Part shown: piece after piece, positions 1 through 9,763 of the stretch
How positions within the stretch are numbered: position 1 is the first letter of the stretch
Layout: each line of letters begins with the position of its first letter
Virus record (IMG/VR): IMGVR_UViG_3300030333_008459
Coordinates: 14,500-78,499 of that record
Reading direction: 5' to 3' (one strand)
DNA from: a virus
DNA: 64,000 bases
Made by a program: the position numbers and the translations under genes
Notes under the pieces: generated by a model
Databases searched by the model: none
The model's input: the letters and a program-made list of their open reading frames with translations, nothing else
Told to the model about the DNA's origin: nothing

Positions 1-2002
1 CTATAATACTCCTGCTGAAATCAACATCTCTATTTAAGTTATCAGTAGCCTTTCCTTCGTCTAATATATGAAGAAGTAAATCTAGTATTTTAGGATCGCA
101 CTTCTCTACTTCATCAAACAAAATTACACAATTAGGATTATTGCGAACAAATTCAGTTAATAAACCACCCTCTTCAAAGCCTACATATCCAGCATTAGCA
201 CCAATAAGTTTAGAAACGCCAGTTTTGTCCTGATACTCGCTCATGTTTAACTGGATAAAAGACTTCTCGTTACCAAAAAAATACTTAGCTATTTTTTTAG
301 CTGTGAAAGTTTTACCTACACTTGTGCCACCAATAAACAAGAAGTTAGATAAAGGTTTGCAAGGGTCATTTAGGCCAGCTTTAGCACAAGCTAAAGAATT
401 ATGAATAGAAGATATTATATCTTCTTGTCCAAATATTTCGCTATTCATCTGTTTGGCAAAGTTTACAAATGAGGAGCTGTTTTTGGTTATTGTTTTGGCT
501 GAAAGACCTGTTTTTTCAGTAAAAACTGCTATTATATCTTTTTGTCTAATTTTTTGCTTACGACCGTGAGGTTTCGTTATATCAGCCAATTCTTGCAAGT
601 ATACTTTTAAAATTGTGGTGAATTTTTCCTCATCTAAATTCTTTTCGTCTCCGCTCTCTACTAAGAAATCACAAAGATCTTTTCTAGCATCAGACATTTT
701 AGAAGAAATCTTGACGTATTTTATCTTAGTTCTAGCTCCAATTTGATCTATCAAATCAAAAGCTTTATCTGGAAATCTTTTGTTGCTTAAGAATTTGTGG
801 CAAAAATCTAAAATAGTGTCAATATCCTCTTCTTTGTAATTAACGTGATGAAAATCTTCATAAAAAGGAAGAGCTTTCATGACAATTTCCTTAGTATCAG
901 CTTTAGAAGGTTCATTAATAATGATTTTATCAAACCTTCTTTTCATGGCTGTGTCTTTCTCAAAAAACTTTTTATATTCTTGTGAAGTAGTGGCACCAAT
1001 ACACTTAATATCCCCACGGGCTAATGCTGGTTTTAACATATTGGAAGCGTCAACAGCCCCCTCTGAATTACCAGCTCCTATTATCGTATGTATCTCATCA
1101 AAGAATAAAACCACCTTAGGGTCTTTCTCTGCTTCAGCTATTAAAGCCTTAAATCGCTCTTCAAATTCACCCCTATATTTAGTCCCAGCTACCATAGCGC
1201 TTATGTCTACCGCGCAAATTTGCATCATAGATAGATGAGGAGGCACTTGCTGAGTAACAATTTTTTGGGCCAAGCCTTCCACTACAGCAGTTTTACCTAC
1301 GCCAGCTTCACCCACTAAAATAGCATTGCTTTTATTCTTTTTGGAAAGGATTTCTATTAATTCTGTGGTTTCTCGATCCCTACCTGTAATTTTAGCTGAT
1401 TTCTTTTCGATAAACCTTTCATTAAGGTTTATACAAAATTGATCTAAATAACTTAAAGGAGCTTTTTCTTCTTCTCGGGAAAAAGAGCCTCTTTTCCCCT
1501 CTATCTGGAGAATTGTTTTGATTTGATCTGTGGGAGGTATGCTGGTTTCTAGCACATGTGTTTCAATAACATCTTTTATGTGGATAGGATCAATGCCTTC
1601 TGAACGCAAATGGTCTATAAACTCGCCGCCACTATCAATAGCTATATATAAAATATGCTCCACCCCGATAAAAAAACTATCAAAAGTATCTGAAAATTCT
1701 TTTGCTAGCAAAATTATTTCATTTATTTCTTGGTGCCATCCACCTTGACCTTTACTAGACTCAAAAGATTTCTCGTTTTTTATTGAGTAGTCTTTAAAAA
1801 TTTTAACAAATTTTTGAGAATCAAGGGGAACCCCGTAACCTTTAAGCTTTAAAATGCAGCTGTCGGATAGGTTCGATAAACAACCATAAATGAGATGTGG
1901 AGCAGAAACAAGAGAGTGACCGTTAGCTTCCGCAAATTTTTTAGCGTCTTTTAAACCTTTTTTCGCTTTAGGGGTGAGATTAAAATCAGTTAGGCCCATC
2001 AT
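1..2002 (-). CDS. Clp/Hsp100 (ClpA/ClpC-like) double-AAA+ ATPase chaperone, truncated by the window edge
   Basis: Not in the ORF track; translated by hand from ATG at 2002 (MMGLTDFNLTPKAKKGL). Walker A GEAGVGKT, Walker B LFFDEIH, RFPDKAFDLID, second Walker A GGTSVGKT, NMSEY, GYVGFEEGG, FFDEVEK. Confidence 0.93.
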   Translation of the reverse strand, partial: MMGLTDFNLTPKAKKGLKDAKKFAEANGHSLVSAPHLIYGCLSNLSDSCILKLKGYGVPLDSQKFVKIFKDYSIKNEKSFESSKGQGGWHQEINEIILLAKEFSDTFDSFFIGVEHILYIAIDSGGEFIDHLRSEGIDPIHIKDVIETHVLETSIPPTDQIKTILQIEGKRGSFSREEEKAPLSYLDQFCINLNERFIEKKSAKITGRDRETTELIEILSKKNKSNAILVGEAGVGKTAVVEGLAQKIVTQQVPPHLSMMQICAVDISAMVAGTKYRGEFEERFKALIAEAEKDPKVVLFFDEIHTIIGAGNSEGAVDASNMLKPALARGDIKCIGATTSQEYKKFFEKDTAMKRRFDKIIINEPSKADTKEIVMKALPFYEDFHHVNYKEEDIDTILDFCHKFLSNKRFPDKAFDLIDQIGARTKIKYVKISSKMSDARKDLCDFLVESGDEKNLDEEKFTTILKVYLQELADITKPHGRKQKIRQKDIIAVFTEKTGLSAKTITKNSSSFVNFAKQMNSEIFGQEDIISSIHNSLACAKAGLNDPCKPLSNFLFIGGTSVGKTFTAKKIAKYFFGNEKSFIQLNMSEYQDKTGVSKLIGANAGYVGFEEGGLLTEFVRNNPNCVILFDEVEKCDPKILDLLLHILDEGKATDNLNRDVDFSRSII

Positions 2003-2013
2003 AATTCTTTACA

Positions 2014-4569
2014 CTATTTAATTTCAGATAACTTCATGTAGATTTTATCCTTTAGAGGAAAAAGTTTGTCAACAAAAACAACATCGTCTCCTTTGGAGCC
2101 ATAAATGATAATTATATCTCCTTTAACTGGTAGTTTTTTACCTTCATCTAGGTAATCTGTAAGACGAGAAGCGCGATTGCTGTCCAGAAACAAAGCATTC
2201 ACATTGCCAACTTCATCTTGAATATCTAAACGAGCGTATTTGTTGCCATTTCTGCTAGTCCTTCTAATAATATCGGTGATAACACCTACAAATTTAACAT
2301 TAGCTCTCTCTGCTAGATCGCGGACAACAGAAGAGGAGTGGAAATCGTCTTCGTAACTGAAAACCTCTCTTATGTTGAATGAGTAGCTATATCCTAGTAA
2401 TTTTTCCTCAAAATACCAATTAGAGTATTTAATGTGTTTGGAGTTCATTTCGTATATCTCTTTGTAAGGTGAGAACTTTTTACGAAATGTCTCAAAACGC
2501 CTATCTGTAAACATCTGGCGGTTGTCATCGCCTACCATTTTATCTTTGCGAGTTTCATGGATCGCTGTGATAATATCATAATTATATTTATCTCCTAAGG
2601 CGATCAAGTTTCTCTTTTCTCGATCAGTGAGAATGTTGAAGGTCTGAGCTTCAAGAACTAATCGGCATCTGTTGCTGTGGACAAAAGAATCGAGTAAACC
2701 AGCTTGGATAAGAGCTGATAAGATACCTATATTAAGCCCAGCTTGTTTTGCAGACAGGAAGACTTCATATTTGTTCGCAAATGAATCCTCTCTAAATTCT
2801 AACAACGACTCTAAAACCTTAGTAGAAACCCCTTTAATTGAGTTAAGACCATATCTAATGTTTTCACCCTCAATTTTAAAGTCAATGTCAGACTTGTTGA
2901 GATCGGGCGGCAAAAGTTTTATGCCGAAATCCCCTAGTTCTTGAGTAATCTTAGCTATTTCTTCGTGAGAATTAGGTTCATACTTTGTATATTTTAAAAG
3001 ACTTAAAAAGAACTCTTTAGGGTGGTTAAATTTAAGATATACAGTGCAAGCTGCCAGATAAGCATAACTAATTGAGTGTGACTTGTTGAAAGAGTAGTTA
3101 GCAGAGTCTTCAGCTACGCTCCACAAGACATCTCCGATGGCAGGATCGAGATTGTTTTGTTGTATTTTTTCTTCGATCTTAGCTTTCCACGCTGGCATCT
3201 GATCCACCTTCTTCTTCCCTACGATACGCCGTAACTGCTCCGATTCATCAAGGCTGAAGCCTACTTTAACAGCCATTTTCATGAGCTGTTCCTGATACAA
3301 GGGGATACCGCCTGTATAACTTAAAATATCATCAAAAAATTCATGAACCGACTGAGATTCCCCTGTTCTGACATATTCTGCGTATCTATCCTTAAAGTCT
3401 AAAGCTCCAGGTCTAGCAATAGCGACAACAGCAGAAAGCTGCTCCAGATCCCGTGGAGCTATTTGCTGACACACCTTGAAGTTGGTATCTGCTTCGATCT
3501 GGAAAAGCCCCTGTGGAGAGCGTAGACAAGAGAGGGCTGCGTATATGGAAGGGTCATGAGGATCTATCTCAGAGGCTTCTATACCTATCTGCTTACAAAC
3601 ATCATGCACTACAGATAAAGTCCTCAAACCAAGAATATCAAACTTAACGCTTAGACTCGCCACATCATTCATGTCATAGCCAGAAACCAATGCCCCATCA
3701 TTTGTAGTTTGGAGTGGCATAATATCGTCTAAATCATAATAAGAGATACAAATACCAGAAGGGTGAACTCCTGTGTTTTTATTTAACCCTTGAAGTTTTT
3801 TAGCTATGCGAAAAGCTTTAGAGTGCTTATCTGCATAAGCCTTGAAGGTTTCGCTCTCTTCATATGCATCATCAAGTTTAGCTACGATCCCAAAGTGTTT
3901 CGGGATTGTATCACTAATTTGGTTTACTTCTGCTTCGCTTAAATCTTCTACTATCTTACCGCACTCTTTCATGCAGAGCTTACTGCTCAAAGTATTAAGA
4001 GTCAGAATTTTAGAAGTGCGTCCTTCGAACTTTTTCTCGATGTAGGCAATCACCTCGGCACGACGATCATAAGAGATATCGTTATCAACATCAGCTAGCA
4101 AGCTACCATCAAGATAAATTTCTCCATTATGTTCTATTTTTTTGGCCCTGCTTTTAGAGACAAATCTTTCGAAGAAAAGATCATACTCAATGGGATCAAT
4201 GTTAGTGACCCCGATTACATAAAGAACCAGAGAACCTGCCGCACTCCCCCGACCTGCGCCTGTCGGGATATCGTTTTCCTTACAATAGTTAAGAATATCC
4301 CAATTTAGAAGAATATAGTCTACAAACCCTAAATCTTGGAAAATTGTTAATTCTTCTTTTATTCTTTCATAATAAGTTTGAGCGTTATCAAATTTATCAA
4401 TCCCCTTCTCTTGGACTTTTTTGTAGCAAAGCTTTCTTAGGAACTGGAAGTTATTCCCCAGGTCATTACAAGAAACTTCGTCATAATATTTTTTTTCTAT
4501 TTGGATTTCTGGAAGCTTAACACCCACAGGAAAGGGAGTTTTGTAGCCCGTGTATTTGGTGGCATTCAT
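2014..4569 (-). CDS. dnaE: DNA polymerase III alpha catalytic core (no N-terminal PHP domain)
   Basis: GAGRGSAAGSLVLY, FERF, catalytic ADVDND, KFDILGL, YSFNKSH, C-terminal OB fold. Confidence 0.96.
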   Translation of the reverse strand: MNATKYTGYKTPFPVGVKLPEIQIEKKYYDEVSCNDLGNNFQFLRKLCYKKVQEKGIDKFDNAQTYYERIKEELTIFQDLGFVDYILLNWDILNYCKENDIPTGAGRGSAAGSLVLYVIGVTNIDPIEYDLFFERFVSKSRAKKIEHNGEIYLDGSLLADVDNDISYDRRAEVIAYIEKKFEGRTSKILTLNTLSSKLCMKECGKIVEDLSEAEVNQISDTIPKHFGIVAKLDDAYEESETFKAYADKHSKAFRIAKKLQGLNKNTGVHPSGICISYYDLDDIMPLQTTNDGALVSGYDMNDVASLSVKFDILGLRTLSVVHDVCKQIGIEASEIDPHDPSIYAALSCLRSPQGLFQIEADTNFKVCQQIAPRDLEQLSAVVAIARPGALDFKDRYAEYVRTGESQSVHEFFDDILSYTGGIPLYQEQLMKMAVKVGFSLDESEQLRRIVGKKKVDQMPAWKAKIEEKIQQNNLDPAIGDVLWSVAEDSANYSFNKSHSISYAYLAACTVYLKFNHPKEFFLSLLKYTKYEPNSHEEIAKITQELGDFGIKLLPPDLNKSDIDFKIEGENIRYGLNSIKGVSTKVLESLLEFREDSFANKYEVFLSAKQAGLNIGILSALIQAGLLDSFVHSNRCRLVLEAQTFNILTDREKRNLIALGDKYNYDIITAIHETRKDKMVGDDNRQMFTDRRFETFRKKFSPYKEIYEMNSKHIKYSNWYFEEKLLGYSYSFNIREVFSYEDDFHSSSVVRDLAERANVKFVGVITDIIRRTSRNGNKYARLDIQDEVGNVNALFLDSNRASRLTDYLDEGKKLPVKGDIIIIYGSKGDDVVFVDKLFPLKDKIYMKLSEIK

Positions 4570-5198
4570 ATATCCAATTCAAAAAGTTGTTTACGGAAAA
4601 ATTTAAAATTCATTTCAATATCATAAAGGGCATCATGAAGTCTCTTGGGATCATGAGGTATATTATATTTCTTCAAAAGAAACCCTTGGGATGTTTTTAA
4701 ACCCCTCTCTCTATAATTCAGCAATCTATACTGCCAACTTAGAAAGTCTTTTTTATCCACAGGAATTTGCTTCGCAATGGCAACAGCTAAAGCTCTGGTG
4801 TCAATCATTCTAGGTAAGTAACAATATGTAGATGGTAGATTTATCAACTTCCTCCATACATTAAGCATATAGACATCAAATCCCAGCACATTATGTCCGA
4901 CTAGAAAGGTATTTGGATCATAAAAATCTTCAGCAAAAACATCCCATACTTCTTTAGGCGATTGACATTTCTTTTCATACTGTTTCTGAGAAAAACCAGT
5001 AATCCTTGCAGCCTCTTCAGAAATATTTAAATCAGGCCACTCAATGTATAAATCTCTCTTTTTTATAACCCTATCCCCTTCTGCGACCAACCAAGCAACT
5101 TGCCAAGGTCTAGAAGAAACTAGGTTCAGTCCCTCAGTCTCCGTATCAAAAACAAGATACTTTTGTTTTTTATCAAATCTAAGCAGGGGTTCGGTCAT
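4566..5198 (-). CDS. dnaQ: DEDDh 3'-5' exonuclease (Pol III epsilon-like)
   Basis: FDTETEG (ExoI), GHNVLGFD (ExoII), HDALYD (ExoIII). Confidence 0.92.
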   Translation of the reverse strand: MTEPLLRFDKKQKYLVFDTETEGLNLVSSRPWQVAWLVAEGDRVIKKRDLYIEWPDLNISEEAARITGFSQKQYEKKCQSPKEVWDVFAEDFYDPNTFLVGHNVLGFDVYMLNVWRKLINLPSTYCYLPRMIDTRALAVAIAKQIPVDKKDFLSWQYRLLNYRERGLKTSQGFLLKKYNIPHDPKRLHDALYDIEMNFKFFRKQLFELDI

Positions 5199-5940
5199 AG
5201 TTTAAATGTTTTTTCTCTAGGTAAGACTCAAAGCAAAACTCTGCGCTACCAAAGTGATTCAAGTTTGGGTTGCTCAATGTGGCGGCTTTGCCAAAATTTC
5301 GATTACACAAAATCTTGTAGGTTTGCAGGGCTTCTGCGTCTTCTCTGTTTTTGTATAAAATTGTTTTTACTGACTTAACAGGTCTCATCATGCTGCGAGC
5401 GAACTTTCTTACTTTTTCTGCTAAAATAGCATCAAACGGCAGATTGTTACACTCTATCCAAAATGTCGGCAATACCTTATGAAAATCAGGTAAGCACTTC
5501 TTCATGTGAAAGTTATTATTAAATATAAAAGAATCATAAAAAGGTATCACAAGCTCCAAATTCTCATCAAGCAATGAGTTCAGAAAACCGAAATCTACTT
5601 TACCAGTCTCGGTATGAGCAAAAGAATAAATCCTGTAAAGAAGGCGACAGCCTTTGTCGTTATTAGCAAAGATTATAATCTTATGATCTGAATCATCGTC
5701 ATCATAAATACCGTTACAGCAGGTTATCCTTAACCCAAACACAAGGTTCATCCCAGCCTCTTTACAACGATTGTGGGCCGTCACAAAACCCGTCATAGAA
5801 TCTTCGACTAACACTAAAGATTTAATCGAATTCTCCTTGCAGATTTCTATGATACTATCTGCACCTCCCTCGGATGATTCTTCGTCAAGAGTTAGGATAC
5901 TCTTTCCTATAGAGTAGGTTGACTTAAATACTGGAGTCAT
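5179..5940 (-). CDS. Stand-alone PHP domain of Pol III alpha (metal ligands degenerate)
   Basis: FKSTYSIGKS, LVEDSMTGF, LVFGLR and IIIFANNDKG follow the DnaE PHP motif order. Start moved to ATG 5940 because a promoter lies just upstream. Confidence 0.85.
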   Translation of the reverse strand: MTPVFKSTYSIGKSILTLDEESSEGGADSIIEICKENSIKSLVLVEDSMTGFVTAHNRCKEAGMNLVFGLRITCCNGIYDDDDSDHKIIIFANNDKGCRLLYRIYSFAHTETGKVDFGFLNSLLDENLELVIPFYDSFIFNNNFHMKKCLPDFHKVLPTFWIECNNLPFDAILAEKVRKFARSMMRPVKSVKTILYKNREDAEALQTYKILCNRNFGKAATLSNPNLNHFGSAEFCFESYLEKKHLNYDRTPA

Positions 5941-5947
5941 CACCAGC

Positions 5948-5975
5948 ATCTTAAACCTTTGTATCCAAAGGTCAA
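5948..5975 (-). promoter_or_regulatory. Sigma70-type promoter TTGACC-N16-TAAGAT with an inverted repeat in the spacer
   Basis: Minus strand reads ttgacc tttggatacaaaggtt taagat gctggtg ATG; ACCTTTG/CAAAGGT inverted repeat. Confidence 0.6.
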
Positions 5976-6997
5976 GAGGAATGTGCGGGGCATCCCTGAT
6001 AATATTTCATTTCATAACTGCAACCCTCGGGAACTAAATCCTCAGAAAATTCATCTTCGAAATAAGAGGTGATAAATTTTCCCTCTGCGTTGGTAACTTC
6101 ATAATAAAAGAAATCAAACTTCATGGGGCAATGCCACTTCGGATTGCCGTCTATTTTTAATTCTCCTTTTTTTGTGGCGAATCCACATAGAAGTTTGCCG
6201 CTAAACGAATTATCTTTCGGGAAACCTTGATGAGCGGCATAGTTTTTCTGGGCATCTTTTTCTGAAAAGTTATCTAAATATTTTTGTATTTCAGACAACT
6301 GCATTTCAAATCCTTTTAACTCATCCTCGTCAAGAGGTTTCATACGCACAACGCCTGACTTTTTTGCATCAGGGTCGAGATCAAACTTCAAAAACAAGAA
6401 CTCGCTAACCCTCTCAGAATATTCGGGAAATAAATTTTTTACCGCAAGGCTATACATAAGATCTTGCAGATTATCGGTTTGATCTTTTCCCTTGAAGACT
6501 TCTTTGCTTGTTTTGAAGTCTCTAATTATAGCAAACTTTTTTCTCTTATATAAAAATAATTTGTCTATAAATCCTCTAATTTTATATTTTATGTCTCCGT
6601 CATTTTTTACAATGTCGAAGTCTTTTTCTGAGTATTCTTCTGTTGGGTTTCCTAAGTCTGTCCCAAAAAAATCATAAGACAGACCATTGAAAATCATGTC
6701 TTTCATCATATCCACATTATCACAATCATCTATTCCCTCTCTGATTGCGTGTTTAAGGATTAATCTTTTAATAGACGGAACAGAAAATACATCTTGGGTT
6801 TTTAATATTTTATTATAATATTTTTTTCTACCCTTAAGACCCAAAACTTCAAAAACCAAGTGACATATCGAGCCTCTTTTGGCCCCTTCGTTGCTTTTAT
6901 CAGGAAGCTTTAGTTTATACTTGCACCAGTAAAGCCATGAACACGATTGTGCCGTTTTTATTCTGCTTGCAGACAACGGCGTTTCGAGTTCAGGCAT
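5972..6997 (-). CDS. PD-(D/E)XK RecB/AddB/Cas4-like exonuclease
   Basis: LSASRI..C, GFIDK, RDFKT, QxxxY motifs; N- and C-terminal cysteines. Confidence 0.85.
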   Translation of the reverse strand: MPELETPLSASRIKTAQSCSWLYWCKYKLKLPDKSNEGAKRGSICHLVFEVLGLKGRKKYYNKILKTQDVFSVPSIKRLILKHAIREGIDDCDNVDMMKDMIFNGLSYDFFGTDLGNPTEEYSEKDFDIVKNDGDIKYKIRGFIDKLFLYKRKKFAIIRDFKTSKEVFKGKDQTDNLQDLMYSLAVKNLFPEYSERVSEFLFLKFDLDPDAKKSGVVRMKPLDEDELKGFEMQLSEIQKYLDNFSEKDAQKNYAAHQGFPKDNSFSGKLLCGFATKKGELKIDGNPKWHCPMKFDFFYYEVTNAEGKFITSYFEDEFSEDLVPEGCSYEMKYYQGCPAHSS

Positions 6998-8054
6998 CGC
7001 TAAGTATTAAGGCTGTTTTAATTTCTTTCTTAGTGAAGTAAGATGGGTTGTTTTGAACAAAGTCTAAGATATATTTTATTTGTGCAGCCTTATCTATATC
7101 TTTACTTAGCCAATTACTGAAATCATAACCATCTAAATGAGCGTCACCAAAATCATTATATGGCTTGGGAGGGAATTTTACAGTAAGCGCATCTAAATCA
7201 AAATATCTAGAGAGCTTTATGAAGCTTTTTATCCCCGCTATGAACCCTCTATTTTGCCCACTATTTTCATCATTATTTGTTGAAATGCATATATGACGAA
7301 TAGAGTAGCCACAAAGATAATTGACAATGTTATTATTAACAGATAGGCCAAAAATGACCAAAACGTTTTTAATACCTTGTTCATAAAGAGATAACGCATC
7401 ACCAATACTTTCTACTAAAATAACTTCTTGTTTTGTTTTGATTTCCGCATCAACACCAGTGTTTGTGTTAAAAGCGGGATAAACCCAATTGTTGCGTCTT
7501 CCTATATGCTTCCATTTTGGATAATCATTATCTGAATCAACCTTTCTACCAGAAAAGCCAATTATTTGATTATGCTCATTAAAAATAGGGAAAACCATTC
7601 TCCTATACATTTTACCGACACCCGCCAAGCCAGATTGAAATGCTTCTTGTGTTTGTTTGGAAATTTTTCTCTGCTCGTAAAAGTGATAATTCGGGAAAAG
7701 CCTTTCAAGAGAGGAATCTGGATAAATTTTTTCCATTTCTATTGTTTCTTTTGCAGAATAAAGCTCAGAGGTTTCTAGTGTGCGCCCCCCAAGCAACTCC
7801 TTTATTTGTTTGTCGTCTTTGACAGTTAATCGGACCAAAGCCTCAAAAGGCATAGAGCCTTTGTTTTGAACAAAGTCCATCCAAACCCCTGTGTTTTTGT
7901 ATACTTTTACAGCGGTTTTATTGTCTCCGTCTCGATATAAAGCCTGTGTCCTCCAGTGATCTCCACAATCAATCAGCTGATAACCGATTGACTCTAGTAT
8001 ACCTTGGAAGTCTTCAGAACTGATCGAAGTCAGGGATTTCTTCTTGGACTCCAT
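6990..8054 (-). CDS. dnaG: DnaG-type DNA primase
   Basis: RMVFPI, IIGFSGR, PKW, TOPRIM VILVESIGDALSL, NDFGD; adjacent to the helicase. Confidence 0.88.
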   Translation of the reverse strand: MESKKKSLTSISSEDFQGILESIGYQLIDCGDHWRTQALYRDGDNKTAVKVYKNTGVWMDFVQNKGSMPFEALVRLTVKDDKQIKELLGGRTLETSELYSAKETIEMEKIYPDSSLERLFPNYHFYEQRKISKQTQEAFQSGLAGVGKMYRRMVFPIFNEHNQIIGFSGRKVDSDNDYPKWKHIGRRNNWVYPAFNTNTGVDAEIKTKQEVILVESIGDALSLYEQGIKNVLVIFGLSVNNNIVNYLCGYSIRHICISTNNDENSGQNRGFIAGIKSFIKLSRYFDLDALTVKFPPKPYNDFGDAHLDGYDFSNWLSKDIDKAAQIKYILDFVQNNPSYFTKKEIKTALILSDA

Positions 8055-9531
8055 TGCTATCTAATTCTTCTTCACCATCAAGCATTCTTGCTATATCTCT
8101 TAAGTCTCCTCTTTCTGAGATATTAAAGTTATTAAAATCTAGGTTAATTGAGTTTTTACGAAGTGAGTCGCCAATCCTCACTGGCTCAACTGCGCCAGCT
8201 ATGTCACTGCCCAAATGACGAGCCTTGACGTTTATTAGTTTGTGACTACCAAACCTGCCCCCCTCTGTCTCCATCTCATCAGCAGTCTTGTTGCGTAAGA
8301 TAAACATATGAGAGCAGAACTGTGTGATTCTATCAGAAAGGGAAACAATAGACTCATCATCTACAATGTTTTGAGAGTTCCTATTATTGGTTATGCCATA
8401 CCTGTTAGACTGCACTGAAGTGATCATGGGTATGACAGGATTCCCGTCATGCAAAATCTCTTTTTGAACACACTTTTTAAACTTGTCCACCATCTCACCG
8501 ACAACCTGCCACTCTGATTTGTTAGCGATGTTTTCAGATGTGGTTTTTATATAATCAAAAGAAAATACCATAGGGTTGCCGCGACCGACCTTAGAATAGT
8601 AAAATCTCTTCAGGGTATTAACCATAGAGTCCACATCCATGCCCCCTACATTGTAATAATAGAATTTTAAATTCTTAACCTTAGGCCAAACTGCTCTGAC
8701 CTTTTTAACAACATCCTCTCCTGCTCGTCTCCATTTACCACTCTCAAGAAGATGCATTGAAACACCAGACAGGGCAGCGCATTGACGCATAATAAGCTCC
8801 TCTTTGCTCATTTCACCATTGTCGAAGTGAAGAACAGGGACATCATACTGAAGACTAACCTTGGTAGAGTAATCCATGCAAAATTGAGTTTTACCCACAC
8901 CAGACCTAGCTACAATAACAGTTATATTACCAGCACGTAGAAGAGAGCCGTAAATCTCATTAACCTTTGGGTGCGGACCCATCATACCAAACTCTGTGAG
9001 CGGGTTATTACCCCGATCCTCTACAAGAGCCTCCATTTCCTCATATATGTTCTCTGGGACATCGTTGCCCATTTCATAAAGGTTGATGCGAGAATTATAT
9101 GCGCTATCTGCTGCTTCAATTATGGCGCGATAAGATGCCTCAGGAGGCATGTTTTTCATCTTTTTGCCGATGTCTTGAGAGGACTCTAGAATTTCGCGTC
9201 TTATTGAGTATTTTTTTAGCTCCTTAGCTGTTTTAAGGGTATTGCCCTTCGGCACTTTCCTGAGAGCTAAAGATTTAATGTAGTCGGAGGGATTTAAATT
9301 GTCTTCGAAAGACAACCCAACCTCGTTTACCCTTTGAGCAATGATAACCTCATCTATTTCGTCTCCAGCATCAATAGCTTGTTTAATAACACGAAAAATA
9401 GCAGAATGCAGAGAGCTTTGTTTGGAGTAAAAATCAGAGTTACCTATAAAATTAGATATCTCCGCTAAAGAATCAGGCTCTTTAATTAGACCCGCTAAAA
9501 GCTGCTTTTCTAATTCAAAATTATAAATCAT
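8014..9531 (-). CDS. dnaB: DnaB-family replicative helicase
   Basis: N-terminal ELEKQLLAGLI, Walker A ARSGVGKT, EMS, FDYI, VQSNR, KARH. Confidence 0.93.
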   Translation of the reverse strand: MIYNFELEKQLLAGLIKEPDSLAEISNFIGNSDFYSKQSSLHSAIFRVIKQAIDAGDEIDEVIIAQRVNEVGLSFEDNLNPSDYIKSLALRKVPKGNTLKTAKELKKYSIRREILESSQDIGKKMKNMPPEASYRAIIEAADSAYNSRINLYEMGNDVPENIYEEMEALVEDRGNNPLTEFGMMGPHPKVNEIYGSLLRAGNITVIVARSGVGKTQFCMDYSTKVSLQYDVPVLHFDNGEMSKEELIMRQCAALSGVSMHLLESGKWRRAGEDVVKKVRAVWPKVKNLKFYYYNVGGMDVDSMVNTLKRFYYSKVGRGNPMVFSFDYIKTTSENIANKSEWQVVGEMVDKFKKCVQKEILHDGNPVIPMITSVQSNRYGITNNRNSQNIVDDESIVSLSDRITQFCSHMFILRNKTADEMETEGGRFGSHKLINVKARHLGSDIAGAVEPVRIGDSLRKNSINLDFNNFNISERGDLRDIARMLDGEEELDSNGVQEEIPDFDQF

Positions 9532-9763
9532 TTTCTCTAGGATCTTGGGCGCTAGCTAAGTGGTTTTCAAGGGCTTTCGTCAAAGCAAATTCTGTCATGC
9601 CGCAATCAAATTTGCAATATATTAATGGTCTGCCGCTCTCAGATGAGACAGCCATGATTACACCTTTATATTTATCTACCCCGCCTGAAAGGTCATATAT
9701 TTTCTCAACCAGTTCAGATGGTATGCAAAACTCAGAGCCATCATTGTTATCTTCTATATTCAT
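9521..9763 (-). CDS. Hypothetical protein
   Basis: 80-aa ORF overlapping both neighbours in the operon. Confidence 0.7.
   Translation of the reverse strand: MNIEDNNDGSEFCIPSELVEKIYDLSGGVDKYKGVIMAVSSESGRPLIYCKFDCGMTEFALTKALENHLASAQDPRENDL

Noticed and set aside
879-1748. Plus-strand ORFs 879-1238 and 1530-1748
   Set aside because: Antisense to the Clp ATPase, which the ORF track missed because it runs off the window.
5972-6997. cas4 as evidence of a CRISPR system
   Set aside because: Solo RecB/Cas4-like nucleases are common in phage replication modules; no other cas genes or array are present.
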